DNA from: Candidatus Eiseniibacteriota bacterium
GTDB lineage: Bacteria; Eisenbacteria; RBG-16-71-46
NCBI GenBank assembly: GCA_963725865.1
Contig: CAVSAC010000012.1
Location: 992,001-1,056,000 of the forward strand
DNA: 64,000 bases
Direction of reading: 5' to 3'
The notes under the pieces: generated by a model
What the model was told of the DNA's origin: nothing
The model's database searches: none
Seen by the model: the letters and a program-made list of their open reading frames with translations, nothing else
Shown here: positions 10,713 to 20,914 of the stretch, piece by piece
Position numbering within the stretch: the first letter of the stretch is position 1
Layout of the letters: the number at the start of each line of letters is the position of its first letter
Translations under genes and position numbers: made by a program

Positions 10713-11798
10713 ATGTCCGCTTCCGACCGCCGCCTCGCGATTCTCGCCGAAGGCTGCTTCTCACCGCTCGAGGCCAAGACCGCGCTGGGCGCCCTGCGTT
10801 ACCGCGCGCACGACGTCGTCGCGGTGATCGACTCGACGCGCGCCGGCCGCACCGCACAGGCCTGCGTCGGGGTCGGTGGCGCGGTCCCGGTGGTGGCGAC
10901 GATCGGGCAGGCGGCAGCGCTGGGGGCCGGGGCGCTCGTGATCGGCGTCGCGCCGCAGGGCGGCGGGCTGCCCGCCGGTTGGCGCGCACCGGTCGAGGAC
11001 GCGCTCGCGCGCGGCTGGGACGTGATCGCGGGACTCCACGTGTTCCTCGCCGACGACGCGGGGTTCGCGAGCCTCGCCGCCCGCCACGGCGCGCGGCTGA
11101 TCGACCTGCGCCGTCCGCCCGCCGAGCGCCGCGTCGCGGCCGGGCGCGCCGCGCGGCTCGACGCCACGGTGGTGCTCACGGTCGGCACCGACTGCAGCGT
11201 GGGCAAGATGACCGCGGCGCTCGAGCTGACCCGCGCCCTGCAGGCGCGCGGGGCCCGCGCCGCGTTCGTCGCCACCGGCCAGACCGGCATCCTGGTGGCC
11301 GGGGGCGGCGTGCCGGTCGACGCGGTGGCCGCGGACTTCCTCGCCGGCGCGGTCGAGCACGCGGTGCTCGAGGCCGCGCGCGACGCGGACCTGGTGGTGG
11401 TCGAGGGTCAGGGCGCGCTCGCGCATCCCGGCTACGCCGCGGTCGCGCTGGGGCTCCTGCACGGCGCCTGCCCGTCGCTGCTGGTGCTGTGCCACGAGGC
11501 CGGCCGCGAACGCATGCGCGTGATGGCGCCCGACGCGGCCGAGTTCCCGCTCGCGCCGCTCGCCGAGGTGGCGCGCGACAACGAGCGCGCGGCGGGCTGG
11601 GTGCACGCGGCGCGCACGGTCGCGCTCGCGGTCAACACGCGCGCGCTCGAACCGGCCGCCGCGCGTGCCGCGATCGAGGACGCGGCCCGCGCGACCGGGC
11701 TGCCGGCCTGCGATCCGGTGCGCGACGGCGCGGAACGGCTGGCCGACGCGGTGCTGGCGGCGCACGCCGCGCGGAGGTCGCATGCGGCTCACGCATGA
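10713..11798 (+). CDS. DUF1611 family P-loop protein (DgcN-like D-glutamate N-acetyltransferase candidate)
   Basis: AKTA.G, IGVAPQGG.LP, VGTDCSVGKMT, FVATGQTG and VEGQG motifs. Confidence 0.85.
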   Translation: MSASDRRLAILAEGCFSPLEAKTALGALRYRAHDVVAVIDSTRAGRTAQACVGVGGAVPVVATIGQAAALGAGALVIGVAPQGGGLPAGWRAPVEDALARGWDVIAGLHVFLADDAGFASLAARHGARLIDLRRPPAERRVAAGRAARLDATVVLTVGTDCSVGKMTAALELTRALQARGARAAFVATGQTGILVAGGGVPVDAVAADFLAGAVEHAVLEAARDADLVVVEGQGALAHPGYAAVALGLLHGACPSLLVLCHEAGRERMRVMAPDAAEFPLAPLAEVARDNERAAGWVHAARTVALAVNTRALEPAAARAAIEDAARATGLPACDPVRDGAERLADAVLAAHAARRSHAAHA

Positions 11799-12804
11799 GC
11801 GGCTCGACCTCGAGACGACGTTCGAGTTCCGCATCGCGGTGGGCGGGCGCAAGGTCCACCGCAACACGCTCGTGCGCCTCGAGCACGACGGCATCACCGG
11901 GCTCGGCGAGGCCGCGCCCGCGTTCTACCACGGCGAGACGCGCGAGACCGTCGAGGCCGCGCTCGCGGTGTGGGGCCCGCAGCTGGGCGAGGATCCGTTC
12001 GCGCTGGAGGCGATCGAGCGGCGCCTGAACGGCGTGCTGCGCGGGCATGCGGCCGCGCGCGCGGCGATCGACCTGGCGCTCCACGACTGGATCGGCAAGC
12101 GCCTCGGCCAGCCGGTCTGGCGCCTGCTCGGGCTCGACCCGGGGCGGGTGCCCGCCTCGTGCGTCACGCTGGGCATGGCGGCGCCCGAGGAGATGGAGCG
12201 CAAGCTCGAGGCGGTGCTCGGCTTCCCGGCGCTCAAGGTGAAGCTGGGAGCGCCCGGCGACGTCGAGAACCTCGAGCGCATCCGCCGCGGCTACCGCGGC
12301 CGACTGCGCGTGGACGCGAACACCGCGTGGACGCCCGCCGACGCGGTGCGCGTGCTGCGCCGCATCGAGCCGCTCGACATCGAGCTGGTCGAGCAGCCGG
12401 TCGCCCGCGAGGACCTCGACGGTCTGCGCTGGGTGCGCGAGCGCGTCGGCATCCCGGTCTACGCCGACGAGGCCTGCTGCCGCGCGAGCGACATCGCGCA
12501 GCTCGCCGGCCGCGTCGACGGCGTGAACCTCAAGCTCATGAAGTGCGGCGGACTCCGCGAGATGCTGCGCGCCATCCACGCGGCGCGCGCTCACGGGCTC
12601 CGGATCATGCTCGGCTCGATGGTCGAGACCAGCCTCGCGCTGTCGGCCGCGGCCCAGCTGGCGCCGCTCGCGGACGAGCTCGACCTCGACGGCCACTGGC
12701 TGCTGGCGCGCGATCCGTTCGACGGCGCGCCGCGCGAGCAGGGGGAGATCGCGCTGAGCGAGCGCCCGGGCCTCGGCGTGGTACCGGCCGGGGGGACCGC
12801 ATGA
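11782..12804 (+). CDS. Enolase-superfamily dipeptide epimerase / N-acyl-amino acid racemase
   Basis: GLGEAAP, LKVKLG, RVDAN, EQP, ADE, NLKLMKCGG and DLDG motifs. Confidence 0.88.
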   Translation: MRLTHERLDLETTFEFRIAVGGRKVHRNTLVRLEHDGITGLGEAAPAFYHGETRETVEAALAVWGPQLGEDPFALEAIERRLNGVLRGHAAARAAIDLALHDWIGKRLGQPVWRLLGLDPGRVPASCVTLGMAAPEEMERKLEAVLGFPALKVKLGAPGDVENLERIRRGYRGRLRVDANTAWTPADAVRVLRRIEPLDIELVEQPVAREDLDGLRWVRERVGIPVYADEACCRASDIAQLAGRVDGVNLKLMKCGGLREMLRAIHAARAHGLRIMLGSMVETSLALSAAAQLAPLADELDLDGHWLLARDPFDGAPREQGEIALSERPGLGVVPAGGTA

Positions 12805-14234
12805 GCTTCCGCCTGCGGGCGTACGTGGCCGTGGTCACCCTGATCGCGGTGGCGCTGATGATGCTGCACCCGCCGGCGGCGCTCGACGTGCGGTGGCCCG
12901 ACTATCTCGCGTGGGTCGCGATCCTCGCGCTCTCGGAGATGATGGTGGTCGCCACGCTCTCGGGCGGCGGCACCATCAGCCAGGCCTCCACCGCCGGATT
13001 GGCGGCGGGGATGCTGTGGGGGCTGGGGCCCGGGATGTGGGTGGGCGCGCTGAGCACGGTGGTGACCGAGCTGCTCATCACGCGCAAGCCCTGGGTGCGT
13101 GCGGTGTTCAACGGGGCCGAGATCGCGATCACGATGTGGGTGGCGATGCACGTCTGGAGCTGGCTGGGTGGCCCGCTGAACGGGTTGCAGTTCGAGCCCA
13201 TCGGCGCGGTCGGTCCCGCGGTGGCGTGGCGGCTCGCGCCACCGATCCTCGGGCTCACCGTCACCTACCTGCTCGTCAACCGCGCGCTGGTGGCGGTGGC
13301 GGTATCGTGGTCGTCCGAGCGTCCCTACGTGCAGGTGCTGCGCGAAGACTGGTTCTACGCCGAGCGACTGCTCGAGGACTCGGCCGCGTTCTTCCTGGCG
13401 CCCATCATGGTGCTGTCGTTCCGCGCCATCGGCTACATCGGCGTGGTGCTGTTCTACGCGCCGCTCTACATGCTTCACCAGTCCACCAAACGCTACATCG
13501 AGCTGCGCAACGCGCAGAACCAGATCATCCACCGCGAGCGCATGGCCGCGAAGGGCGAGATGGCCGCCGAGATCGGCCACGAGCTGCGCAACCAGCTGGT
13601 GGCGATCAGCGGCCGCGCCCAGCTATTGCTGCGCGACAGCGAGCGCCAGGTCTACGAGAGCGTGCAGCGCCACGCCCAGATCATCCTCGAGCAGTCCAAG
13701 CGCATGGAGGGGCTCTCGAAGGGCCTGATGGACTTCTCGAGCGCCGAGATCAAGGTCGAGCGCGTGGACATCAACGGGCTGGTCCAGCGCTCGGTCGAGT
13801 TCGTGCGCACCCAGAACCGCTTCGACACCGTCGAGTGGGACATGCGGCTCGCGCCGCAGGCGCCGGAGCTGCGGGTCGATCCCGGGCAGATCCAGCAGGT
13901 GTTCCTCAACCTGTTCATGAACTCCGCCGACGCGATGCAGGAGAAGGGTGTCGGCGTGAAGCGCATCGCGGTCGAGAGCTCGTGGGACGAGCGCGCGCGC
14001 ACGCTCTCGCTGCGCGTCTCCGACACCGGCACCGGGATCGCGCCGCAGAACCTCGCGCGCATCTTCGAGCCGCACTTCACGACCAAGCCCACGGGCCACG
14101 GGTTTGGGCTGTCGTCCTCGTATCGCATCCTCACCAACCACGGCGGGCGCATCACCGCCGAGAGCCCGCCCGGGCAGGGCGCGGTGTTCACCATCGTGCT
14201 GCCGCTCGACGGGCCGGGGAACGGCTGGAAGTGA
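12801..14234 (+). CDS. Membrane-bound sensor histidine kinase
   Basis: N-terminal multi-TM region; H-box EIGHELRN, N-box QVFLNL..N, G-boxes DTGTGI / FEPHFTTK..GHGFGL. Confidence 0.9.
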   Translation: MSFRLRAYVAVVTLIAVALMMLHPPAALDVRWPDYLAWVAILALSEMMVVATLSGGGTISQASTAGLAAGMLWGLGPGMWVGALSTVVTELLITRKPWVRAVFNGAEIAITMWVAMHVWSWLGGPLNGLQFEPIGAVGPAVAWRLAPPILGLTVTYLLVNRALVAVAVSWSSERPYVQVLREDWFYAERLLEDSAAFFLAPIMVLSFRAIGYIGVVLFYAPLYMLHQSTKRYIELRNAQNQIIHRERMAAKGEMAAEIGHELRNQLVAISGRAQLLLRDSERQVYESVQRHAQIILEQSKRMEGLSKGLMDFSSAEIKVERVDINGLVQRSVEFVRTQNRFDTVEWDMRLAPQAPELRVDPGQIQQVFLNLFMNSADAMQEKGVGVKRIAVESSWDERARTLSLRVSDTGTGIAPQNLARIFEPHFTTKPTGHGFGLSSSYRILTNHGGRITAESPPGQGAVFTIVLPLDGPGNGWK

Positions 14235-15181
14235 GCGCCCTCGACCCGCCGGCCGCGACCGGGCTGCGCCGCGCCACGGTGGCGCGCGTGGACTTCGGCG
14301 GCTGCCGGGTGGTGCTCGACGACGGCACCGAGTGCGAGGCGACCGTGCGCGCCCGGCTGATGGGCCGCTCCAAGGCGCTCGGCAACGCGGTCGTGGTCGG
14401 CGACGCGGTCGACGTGGAGCTCGCGGGCAGCCGGCCGGCGATCGAGCACGTGCACCCGCGGCGCAACCTGTTCTCGCGGCGCGCCTCGGGCGAGCGCAAG
14501 CTCGAGCAGGTGGTGGCCGCGAACCTCGACCAGGTGGTGCTGGTCGCCTCGGTCGACGAGCCCGAGTTCAAGCCCGGCTTCGTCGACCGCGTGCTGGCGC
14601 AGGCCGAGCACTTCGGCATCCCCGCGCGGATGGTGCTCAACAAGACCGACCTCGGCTCGCCGGCGACCGAGCAGGCGATCCTCGACGACTACGCCGAGGC
14701 CGGCTACGCGGGCCACCTGACGTGCGCGATCCGCGGCGAGGGGGTCGAGGCCCTGCGCCACGCGTGCATCGGGCGGCGCTCGCTGTTCATCGGCCACTCC
14801 GGCGTGGGCAAGAGCTCGCTGCTGAACGCGCTGGCGCCCGAGCTGGATCTGGCCGCCGGCGCGGTGAACCTGAAGACCGGCAAGGGCCGCCACACCACCA
14901 CCGCGGCGTGGCTGCTGCGCACCGCGGACGGACTCGAGCTGATCGACACGCCGGGCGTGCGCACGTTCGCGCTGTGGGGGATCTCCTGCCGCGACCTCGA
15001 GCAGGCGTACCCGGATTTCCGCCGCTTCCTCGGCGCCTGCAAGTTCACCGACTGCCGCCACACCGCCGAGCCCGGTTGCGCGCTGCGCGCCGCGGTCGCG
15101 GTCGGCGACGTCGCGGCGCGGCGTTACGAGTCGTTCCTCAAGCTGCGCGAGGAGCTGGCGGGCGAGGAGCCGGCGTGGTGA
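14231..15181 (+). CDS. rsgA: Ribosome small subunit-dependent GTPase A
   Basis: AANLDQ, NKTDL, GHSGVGKSSLLN, GKGRHTTT, DTPG and C.F.DC.H..EPGC motifs. Confidence 0.95.
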   Translation: MSALDPPAATGLRRATVARVDFGGCRVVLDDGTECEATVRARLMGRSKALGNAVVVGDAVDVELAGSRPAIEHVHPRRNLFSRRASGERKLEQVVAANLDQVVLVASVDEPEFKPGFVDRVLAQAEHFGIPARMVLNKTDLGSPATEQAILDDYAEAGYAGHLTCAIRGEGVEALRHACIGRRSLFIGHSGVGKSSLLNALAPELDLAAGAVNLKTGKGRHTTTAAWLLRTADGLELIDTPGVRTFALWGISCRDLEQAYPDFRRFLGACKFTDCRHTAEPGCALRAAVAVGDVAARRYESFLKLREELAGEEPAW

Positions 15182-15253
15182 ATCGCGGCGCTGGCGGCCG
15201 CGGCCCGTCCCGCGCCGGCCCGCCGGAGCGCCGCATCGAGTATGCTGGCCGCC

Positions 15254-16486
15254 ATGAGCCCAGCATCCCCGCCCGCGCCCTGGAATCCCCACCTCCGCGC
15301 CCTCGACTGCCTCGACTGCGGCGCGTCGTGTGATCTGTCGCAGCCGCGCAGCGTGTGTCCGGCCTGCGGCCGGCCGCTGGTGGCGCGGTACGACCTCGCG
15401 GCGCTGAAGCGCGTGCTGGCGCGCGGCGACCTGGCGCGCTTCGGCACCGACCTGTGGCGCTTCCGCGCGGTACTGCCGTTCGCCGCGGACCACGCGGTGG
15501 TGCGGCTCGGCGAGGGCGGCACGCCGCTGCTGCCGCTGCCGCGGCTCGGCGAGGAGCTGGGCCTCGGAGCACTCTGGGTCAAGGCCGAGGCCGGCAATCC
15601 GACCGCCTCGTTCAAGGCGCGCGGGCTGGCGCTCGCGGTCAACGGCGCGGTGGCGTTCGGCAAGGACGCGATCGCGCTGCCCTCGGCCGGCAACGCCGGC
15701 AGCGCGGCGGCCGCGTACGCCGCAGCCGCCGGGCTGCGTTGCCGCATCACCGTGCCGGCGGACACGCCCGCGGCGTTCGTGCTCGAGCAGCGCGCGTTCG
15801 GCGCCGAGGTGCGGCTGGTGCCCGGCACCATCTCGGACGCGGGCAAGGCGCTCGCCGAATGGGCGCCGGCGCCCGCGTGGTGGAACGTCGCCACGTTCAA
15901 GGAGCCGTTCCGGCTCGAGGGCAAGAAGACGCTCGGCTGGGAGATCGCCGAGCAGCTCGGCTGGACGCTGCCCGACGTGATCCTCTATCCGACCGGCGGC
16001 GGCACCGGGCTGGTGGGGATGTGGCGCGCGTTCGCGGAGCTGCGCGAGCTGGGCTGGATCGAGGGCCCGCCGGCGCGGCTGGTCGCGGTGCAGGCGGCGG
16101 GCTGCGCGCCGGTGGTGCGGGCGTTCGATTCGGGCGCCGCGCGCGCCGAGGCCTGGAAGGACGCCGCCACGGTCGCCAGCGGGCTGCGCGTGCCCTCGCC
16201 GTTCGCCGACACGCTCATCCTGCGCGCGATCCGCGAGAGCGGCGGCACCGCGATCGCGGTGAGCGAGGAGGACCTGCTCGACGGCATGAACGACCTGGCC
16301 GCCGCCGGGGGCCTGTTCGCGTGCCCCGAGGGTGGTGCTACGCTGGCGGCGCTGCGACGGCTGCGGGCGAGCGGCGAGGTCGCGGCAGGAGCGCGCGTGG
16401 TGATCTACGACACCGGCAGCGGTCTCAAGTATCCCGAGGCGTGGCGCGCCGCACTCGCCCGCCGCGGCGCGGAGGTCGGGCGATGA
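15254..16486 (+). CDS. thrC: Threonine synthase (PLP-dependent)
   Basis: N-terminal Cys knuckle, LGEGGTPL, NPTASFKARG, SAGNAG, EGKKT and YPTGGGTG motifs. Confidence 0.85.
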   Translation: MSPASPPAPWNPHLRALDCLDCGASCDLSQPRSVCPACGRPLVARYDLAALKRVLARGDLARFGTDLWRFRAVLPFAADHAVVRLGEGGTPLLPLPRLGEELGLGALWVKAEAGNPTASFKARGLALAVNGAVAFGKDAIALPSAGNAGSAAAAYAAAAGLRCRITVPADTPAAFVLEQRAFGAEVRLVPGTISDAGKALAEWAPAPAWWNVATFKEPFRLEGKKTLGWEIAEQLGWTLPDVILYPTGGGTGLVGMWRAFAELRELGWIEGPPARLVAVQAAGCAPVVRAFDSGAARAEAWKDAATVASGLRVPSPFADTLILRAIRESGGTAIAVSEEDLLDGMNDLAAAGGLFACPEGGATLAALRRLRASGEVAAGARVVIYDTGSGLKYPEAWRAALARRGAEVGR

Positions 16487-17826
16487 GACACCTGGCGCGG
16501 CTCGCCGCGCTCGTCACGCTGGCGGCGCTGATCGGCGCCGCCGCGCTCGCGACCGCGAAGCCCCGGCGCGCGGTACCGGAGCCCGCGGTGCCGCCGCCGG
16601 CCGGCCACGGGCGCGTGCTGGCGGCGGAGCTGACGGGACCGGTCACGCCGGTCATGGCCGAGGCGCTCCACACCGCGATCGCGCGCGCCGAGTCGCGCGG
16701 CTACGCGGCGCTGATCCTCGAGATCGACACCCCGGGTGGCCTCGAGTCGAGCATGCGCGAAATGGTGAAGGACCTGCTCGCGAGCCCGCTGCCGGTGATC
16801 GCGTGGGTGGCGCCGAGCGGCTCCCGCGCGGCGTCCGCCGGAGTGTTCATCACGATCGCCTGCGACGTCGCGGCGATGGCGCCCGGCACCAACATCGGTG
16901 CCGCCACCCCGATCAACATGCAGGGGCCGATGGACTCGACGCTCGCGCGCAAGGTCACCAACGATGCCTCGGCGTTCGCGCGCACCGTCGCGGCCCAGCG
17001 CGGGCGCAACGTGGTCTGGGCCGAGCGCGCGGTGCGCGAGGCGGTCTCGGCCAGCGAGACCGAGGCGGTCGAGCTGCGCGTCGTGGACTTCGTGGCCGCG
17101 AATCGCGCCGAGCTGCTCGAGAAGTGCGACGGGCGCACGTGGCGGCGCGGGCAGGAGACGCGCACGCTGGCGCTGAAGGGCCTGCCGGTCGACGTGCTCG
17201 CGACCGGGTTCCGCCAGAAGCTGCTCGCGCTGCTCGCGGACCCGAACATCGCCTACCTGCTGCTCATGCTCGGCTTCTACGGTCTGCTGTTCGAGCTGCA
17301 GAACCCGGGCGCGATCCTGCCCGGGGTGGTCGGCGGCATCTGCCTGATCCTCGCGTTCCTCGCGCTCTCGACGTTGCCCGTCAACTACGCCGGCGTCGCG
17401 CTGCTGGTGCTGGCGGTGGCGTTCTTCCTGGCCGAGGTCAAGGTCGCGAGCCACGGGATGCTGGCGGCTGGCGGCGTCGTCGCGATGCTGCTCGGCTCCC
17501 TCATCCTGTTCCGCGGCGAGGGGGTCGCGCTGTCGTGGACGGTGATCCTCGGCGCCACCTCGGTCACCGCCCTGTTCTTCCTGTTCATCGTCGGCGCCGG
17601 ATTGCGCGCCCAGCGCCGCAAGGTGCAGACCGGCTCGGCGGGCCTGATCGGCGAGCGCGCCGTGGCGCTCGATTCGCTGGCGCCCGTGGGGCGGGTGATG
17701 ATCGGCGACACCTCGTGGCGTGCGGTGGCCGACGCGCCGGTGAGCGCCGGTGAGACCGTCGAGGTGACCGGCGTCGAGGGGCTGACCCTGCACGTGCGGA
17801 CGTGGCGGCGGGAGGGACGGACGTGA
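16483..17826 (+). CDS. nfeD: NfeD family membrane serine protease
   Basis: IDTPGG, AASAG and [11 protein letters not shown] motifs, TM region, C-terminal OB fold; upstream of stomatin. Confidence 0.9.
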   Translation: MRHLARLAALVTLAALIGAAALATAKPRRAVPEPAVPPPAGHGRVLAAELTGPVTPVMAEALHTAIARAESRGYAALILEIDTPGGLESSMREMVKDLLASPLPVIAWVAPSGSRAASAGVFITIACDVAAMAPGTNIGAATPINMQGPMDSTLARKVTNDASAFARTVAAQRGRNVVWAERAVREAVSASETEAVELRVVDFVAANRAELLEKCDGRTWRRGQETRTLALKGLPVDVLATGFRQKLLALLADPNIAYLLLMLGFYGLLFELQNPGAILPGVVGGICLILAFLALSTLPVNYAGVALLVLAVAFFLAEVKVASHGMLAAGGVVAMLLGSLILFRGEGVALSWTVILGATSVTALFFLFIVGAGLRAQRRKVQTGSAGLIGERAVALDSLAPVGRVMIGDTSWRAVADAPVSAGETVEVTGVEGLTLHVRTWRREGRT

Positions 17827-18020
17827 TCCTCCCGCGGGCCGCCATGGTGGGCGGCGTGGCGCCGCGGTCGCTCGCGCGGGTGGGACCCGTGCGGGTCGCG
17901 GTCAGGATGTGGAACGCGATTTCCAGCGCGCGGGTGGATGCCCGCGCGTTGGTGGAGATCGTGGGCGTGGACGCGCTCATCCCGCGCGTCCGGCCCCGTG
18001 CCAAGGAGGAACGGTCATGA
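17823..18020 (+). other. Degenerate duplicate of the NfeD C-terminal OB domain (65-aa mini-ORF or remnant)
   Basis: Gapless similarity to the NfeD C-terminus; GTGA overlap upstream and ATGA overlap downstream. Confidence 0.55.
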
Positions 18021-18796
18021 TGCCCCTGCTCACCCTGATGCTGATCGTCTTGCTGTTCGTGGTGATCCTGATCGCCAACGCGATCCGCGTGGTGCGCGAG
18101 TACGAGCGCCTCGTGGTGTTCCGCCTCGGGCGGCTGATCGGCGAGAAGGGGCCGGGCCTGGTGCTGCTGTGGCCGATCATCGACCGCGCGGTCAAGGTCG
18201 GGTTGCGCACGGTCACGATGGACGTGCCGCCGCAGGACATCATCACCAAGGACAACGTGTCGGTGAAGGTGAACGCGGTGGTGTACTTCCGCGTCGTGGA
18301 CGCGCGCCAGGCGATCGTGCAGGTCGAGAACTTCCTGTACGCCACCTCGCAGATCGCCCAGACCACGCTGCGCTCGATCCTCGGACAGCAGGAGCTGGAC
18401 GAGCTGCTGAGCGAGCGCGAGAAGCTCAATCTGGCGCTCCAGCAGGTGATCGACCGCCAGACCGAGCCGTGGGGCGTGAAGGTCACGAACGTCGAGGTCA
18501 AGAACGTCGACCTGCCGCAGGAGATGCAGCGCGCGATCGCGCGCCAGGCCGAGGCCGAGCGCGAGCGGCGCGCCAAGGTCATCAACGCCGAGGGCGAGTA
18601 CCAGGCCGCAGGGCGTCTGGCCGAGGCGGCGGCGGTGATCGGCCGCGAGCCGGCGGCGCTCCAGCTGCGTTACCTGCAGACGCTGGCGGAGATCGCCACC
18701 GAGAACAACAGCACCACCATCTTCCCGGTGCCGGTCGACTTCCTGAGGGCGTTCATGGGCGCGGCGGACCGGGGCGATCGCGTCGCGAAGAGCTGA
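18017..18796 (+). CDS. SPFH/stomatin (slipin) family protein
   Basis: [26 protein letters not shown] and [11 protein letters not shown] motifs; SD GGAGG. Confidence 0.93.
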   Translation: MMPLLTLMLIVLLFVVILIANAIRVVREYERLVVFRLGRLIGEKGPGLVLLWPIIDRAVKVGLRTVTMDVPPQDIITKDNVSVKVNAVVYFRVVDARQAIVQVENFLYATSQIAQTTLRSILGQQELDELLSEREKLNLALQQVIDRQTEPWGVKVTNVEVKNVDLPQEMQRAIARQAEAERERRAKVINAEGEYQAAGRLAEAAAVIGREPAALQLRYLQTLAEIATENNSTTIFPVPVDFLRAFMGAADRGDRVAKS

Positions 18797-18827
18797 GGAT
18801 GCCGGGCCCGGCGGCCCCGGCGCGCGC

Positions 18828-20195
18828 ATGAGCCCGCGCTTCGAGCGCCGCGTCGCGCTTCCCGTGAGCGCGGCCGCGGCGTTCGACTGGCACGCCCGCC
18901 CGGGCGCGTTCGAGCGACTCGAGCCGCCGTGGGATCCGGTGCGGGTGCTGCAGCGCTCCGGCGGGATCGAACCCGGCGCGCGCGTCACGCTCGCCGTCGG
19001 CCCGCTGCGCCAGCGCTGGACGCTCGAGCACCGTGACACCGAGCGCGGCGTGCGGTTCCGCGACGTCCAGGTGGCGGGACCCTTCGCGCGCTGGTCGCAC
19101 GAGCACGCGTTCGCGCCCGCCGGCGCGCACGCGTGCACGCTGACCGACGCGATCGACTTCGCGCTGCCGGCCGCGCTGGCGCCCGCCACCCCGTGGGTGC
19201 GCGGCCAGCTCGCGCGCCTGTTCGCGTACCGCCAGCGCGTCACCGCCGACGACCTCGCGATGCACGACGCCGCGGCGGCCGCCCCGATGACGGTGCTGGT
19301 GAGCGGTGCGAGCGGGCTGCTGGGCGCCGCGCTGGTGCCGCTGCTCACCACCGGCGGGCACGCCGTGCGCCGTCTCGGCCGCGGGTCCGCGGCGGCGGGG
19401 GACGCGCGCTGGGATCCCGACGCCGGCACGCTCGATCCGGCGGCGCTCGCGGGCGTGGACGCGGTGGTGCACCTGGCGGGCGCGAGCGTGGCGCAACGCT
19501 GGACGCCCGCGGCGCGCGAACGCATCCTCGCGAGCCGCGTCCGCGGCACGCGCCTGCTGGCGGAAACGCTCGCGCGGCTGCCGCACCCGCCGCGGGTGCT
19601 GGTGGCGGCCTCGGCGATCGGGTTCTACGGCGATCGCGGCGACGCGCCGGTCGAGGAGTCCAGCGGCCCCGGCCGCGGGTTCCTCGCCGACGTGGCGCGG
19701 GCGTGGGAGGAGGCCACCGCTCCGGCGACGGCGGCCGGCATCCGGGTGGTGCGCGTCCGCATCGGACTGGTGCTGACGCCGCGGGGCGGGGTGCTCCAGC
19801 AGCTGCGGCTGCCGTTCGCGTTCGGCGCGGGGGGGCCGCTGGGCAGCGGGCGCCAGTGGATGTCGTGGATCGCGCTCGACGACCTGCTCGCGGTCCTGCA
19901 CGCGGCGCTGGTGCGCGACGATCTCGCCGGCCCGGTCAACGCCGTGGCGCCCGGCGCGGTCACCAACCGCGAGTTCGCGCGCGTGCTCGGCGGCGTGATG
20001 GGCCGCCCGGCGCTCGTGCCGGCGCCGGCGTTCGCGCTGCGCGCGCTGCTCGGGCGCGCGTTCGCGGACGACATGGTGCTCGGCGGCGCGCGCGTGCGGC
20101 CGGCGGCGCTCGAGCGCGCCGGCCACCGGTTCCGGTTCCCGGCGCTGGCGGAGGCGCTGCGCCACGTGCTGGGCCGCGCCGCGGGGGACGCGTGA
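18828..20195 (+). CDS. TIGR01777-type NAD-dependent epimerase-like oxidoreductase with N-terminal SRPBCC domain
   Basis: WHARPGAFERL.PPW...F.D.Q..GPF..W.H.H, then SGASGLLG, ASAIGFYG and GSGRQWMSWI. Confidence 0.85.
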   Translation: MSPRFERRVALPVSAAAAFDWHARPGAFERLEPPWDPVRVLQRSGGIEPGARVTLAVGPLRQRWTLEHRDTERGVRFRDVQVAGPFARWSHEHAFAPAGAHACTLTDAIDFALPAALAPATPWVRGQLARLFAYRQRVTADDLAMHDAAAAAPMTVLVSGASGLLGAALVPLLTTGGHAVRRLGRGSAAAGDARWDPDAGTLDPAALAGVDAVVHLAGASVAQRWTPAARERILASRVRGTRLLAETLARLPHPPRVLVAASAIGFYGDRGDAPVEESSGPGRGFLADVARAWEEATAPATAAGIRVVRVRIGLVLTPRGGVLQQLRLPFAFGAGGPLGSGRQWMSWIALDDLLAVLHAALVRDDLAGPVNAVAPGAVTNREFARVLGGVMGRPALVPAPAFALRALLGRAFADDMVLGGARVRPAALERAGHRFRFPALAEALRHVLGRAAGDA

Positions 20196-20914
20196 GCGCT
20201 GGCGCGCCGCCCTCCGCCGCGCCCGCGGTGCGGCTGGTCGGCGTCACCAAGGCCTTCGGCGCGGGCGCCGCGCGCGTGCTGGCGCTCGACGACCTCTCGC
20301 TCAGCGTGCCGGCCGGGCAGTGCGTGGCGATCGTGGGGCGCAGCGGCTCCGGCAAGAGCACGCTGCTCCACCTGATCGCGGGGCTCGACACGCCGACCGC
20401 CGGCGAAGTATGGGTCGCGGGCCGCGAGCTGGGCCGGCTCGACGACGACGCACTCACCGCGCAACGCCGCACCACGGTCGGCATGGTGCACCAGTTCTTC
20501 GAGCTGCTGCCGACGCTGAGCGCCCGCGAGAACGTGGCGCTCCCCTCGCTGCTGGCGGGCCGGGCGGAGCGCGCGGTGCTGGCGCGCGCCGACGCGCTGC
20601 TGGCCGAGGTGGGGCTGGCCGCGCGCGCGGACGCGCGGCCGCACACGCTCTCGGGCGGCGAGATGCAGCGGGTGGCGATCGCGCGCGCGCTGGTGCACGA
20701 GCCGGCGCTGGTGCTGGCCGACGAGCCGACCGGGAACCTGGACTCGCGCGCCGCGGCCCAGGTGCTTGAGCTGCTGCGCGGGCTCGCGCGGCGCCACGGC
20801 GCCACCGTGCTGCTGGTCACCCACAGCCGCGAGGCGGCGGCGGTGGCGGACCGCGTGGTCGAACTGCGCGACGGGCGCGTGGCGGGCGACCACCCGCCGG
20901 CGGACCCGGCGTGA
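20192..20914 (+). CDS. ABC transporter ATP-binding protein (LolD/MacB-like)
   Basis: GRSGSGKST, LSGGEMQRVAIARAL and LADEPTGNLD motifs. Confidence 0.93.
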   Translation: MSAGAPPSAAPAVRLVGVTKAFGAGAARVLALDDLSLSVPAGQCVAIVGRSGSGKSTLLHLIAGLDTPTAGEVWVAGRELGRLDDDALTAQRRTTVGMVHQFFELLPTLSARENVALPSLLAGRAERAVLARADALLAEVGLAARADARPHTLSGGEMQRVAIARALVHEPALVLADEPTGNLDSRAAAQVLELLRGLARRHGATVLLVTHSREAAAVADRVVELRDGRVAGDHPPADPA

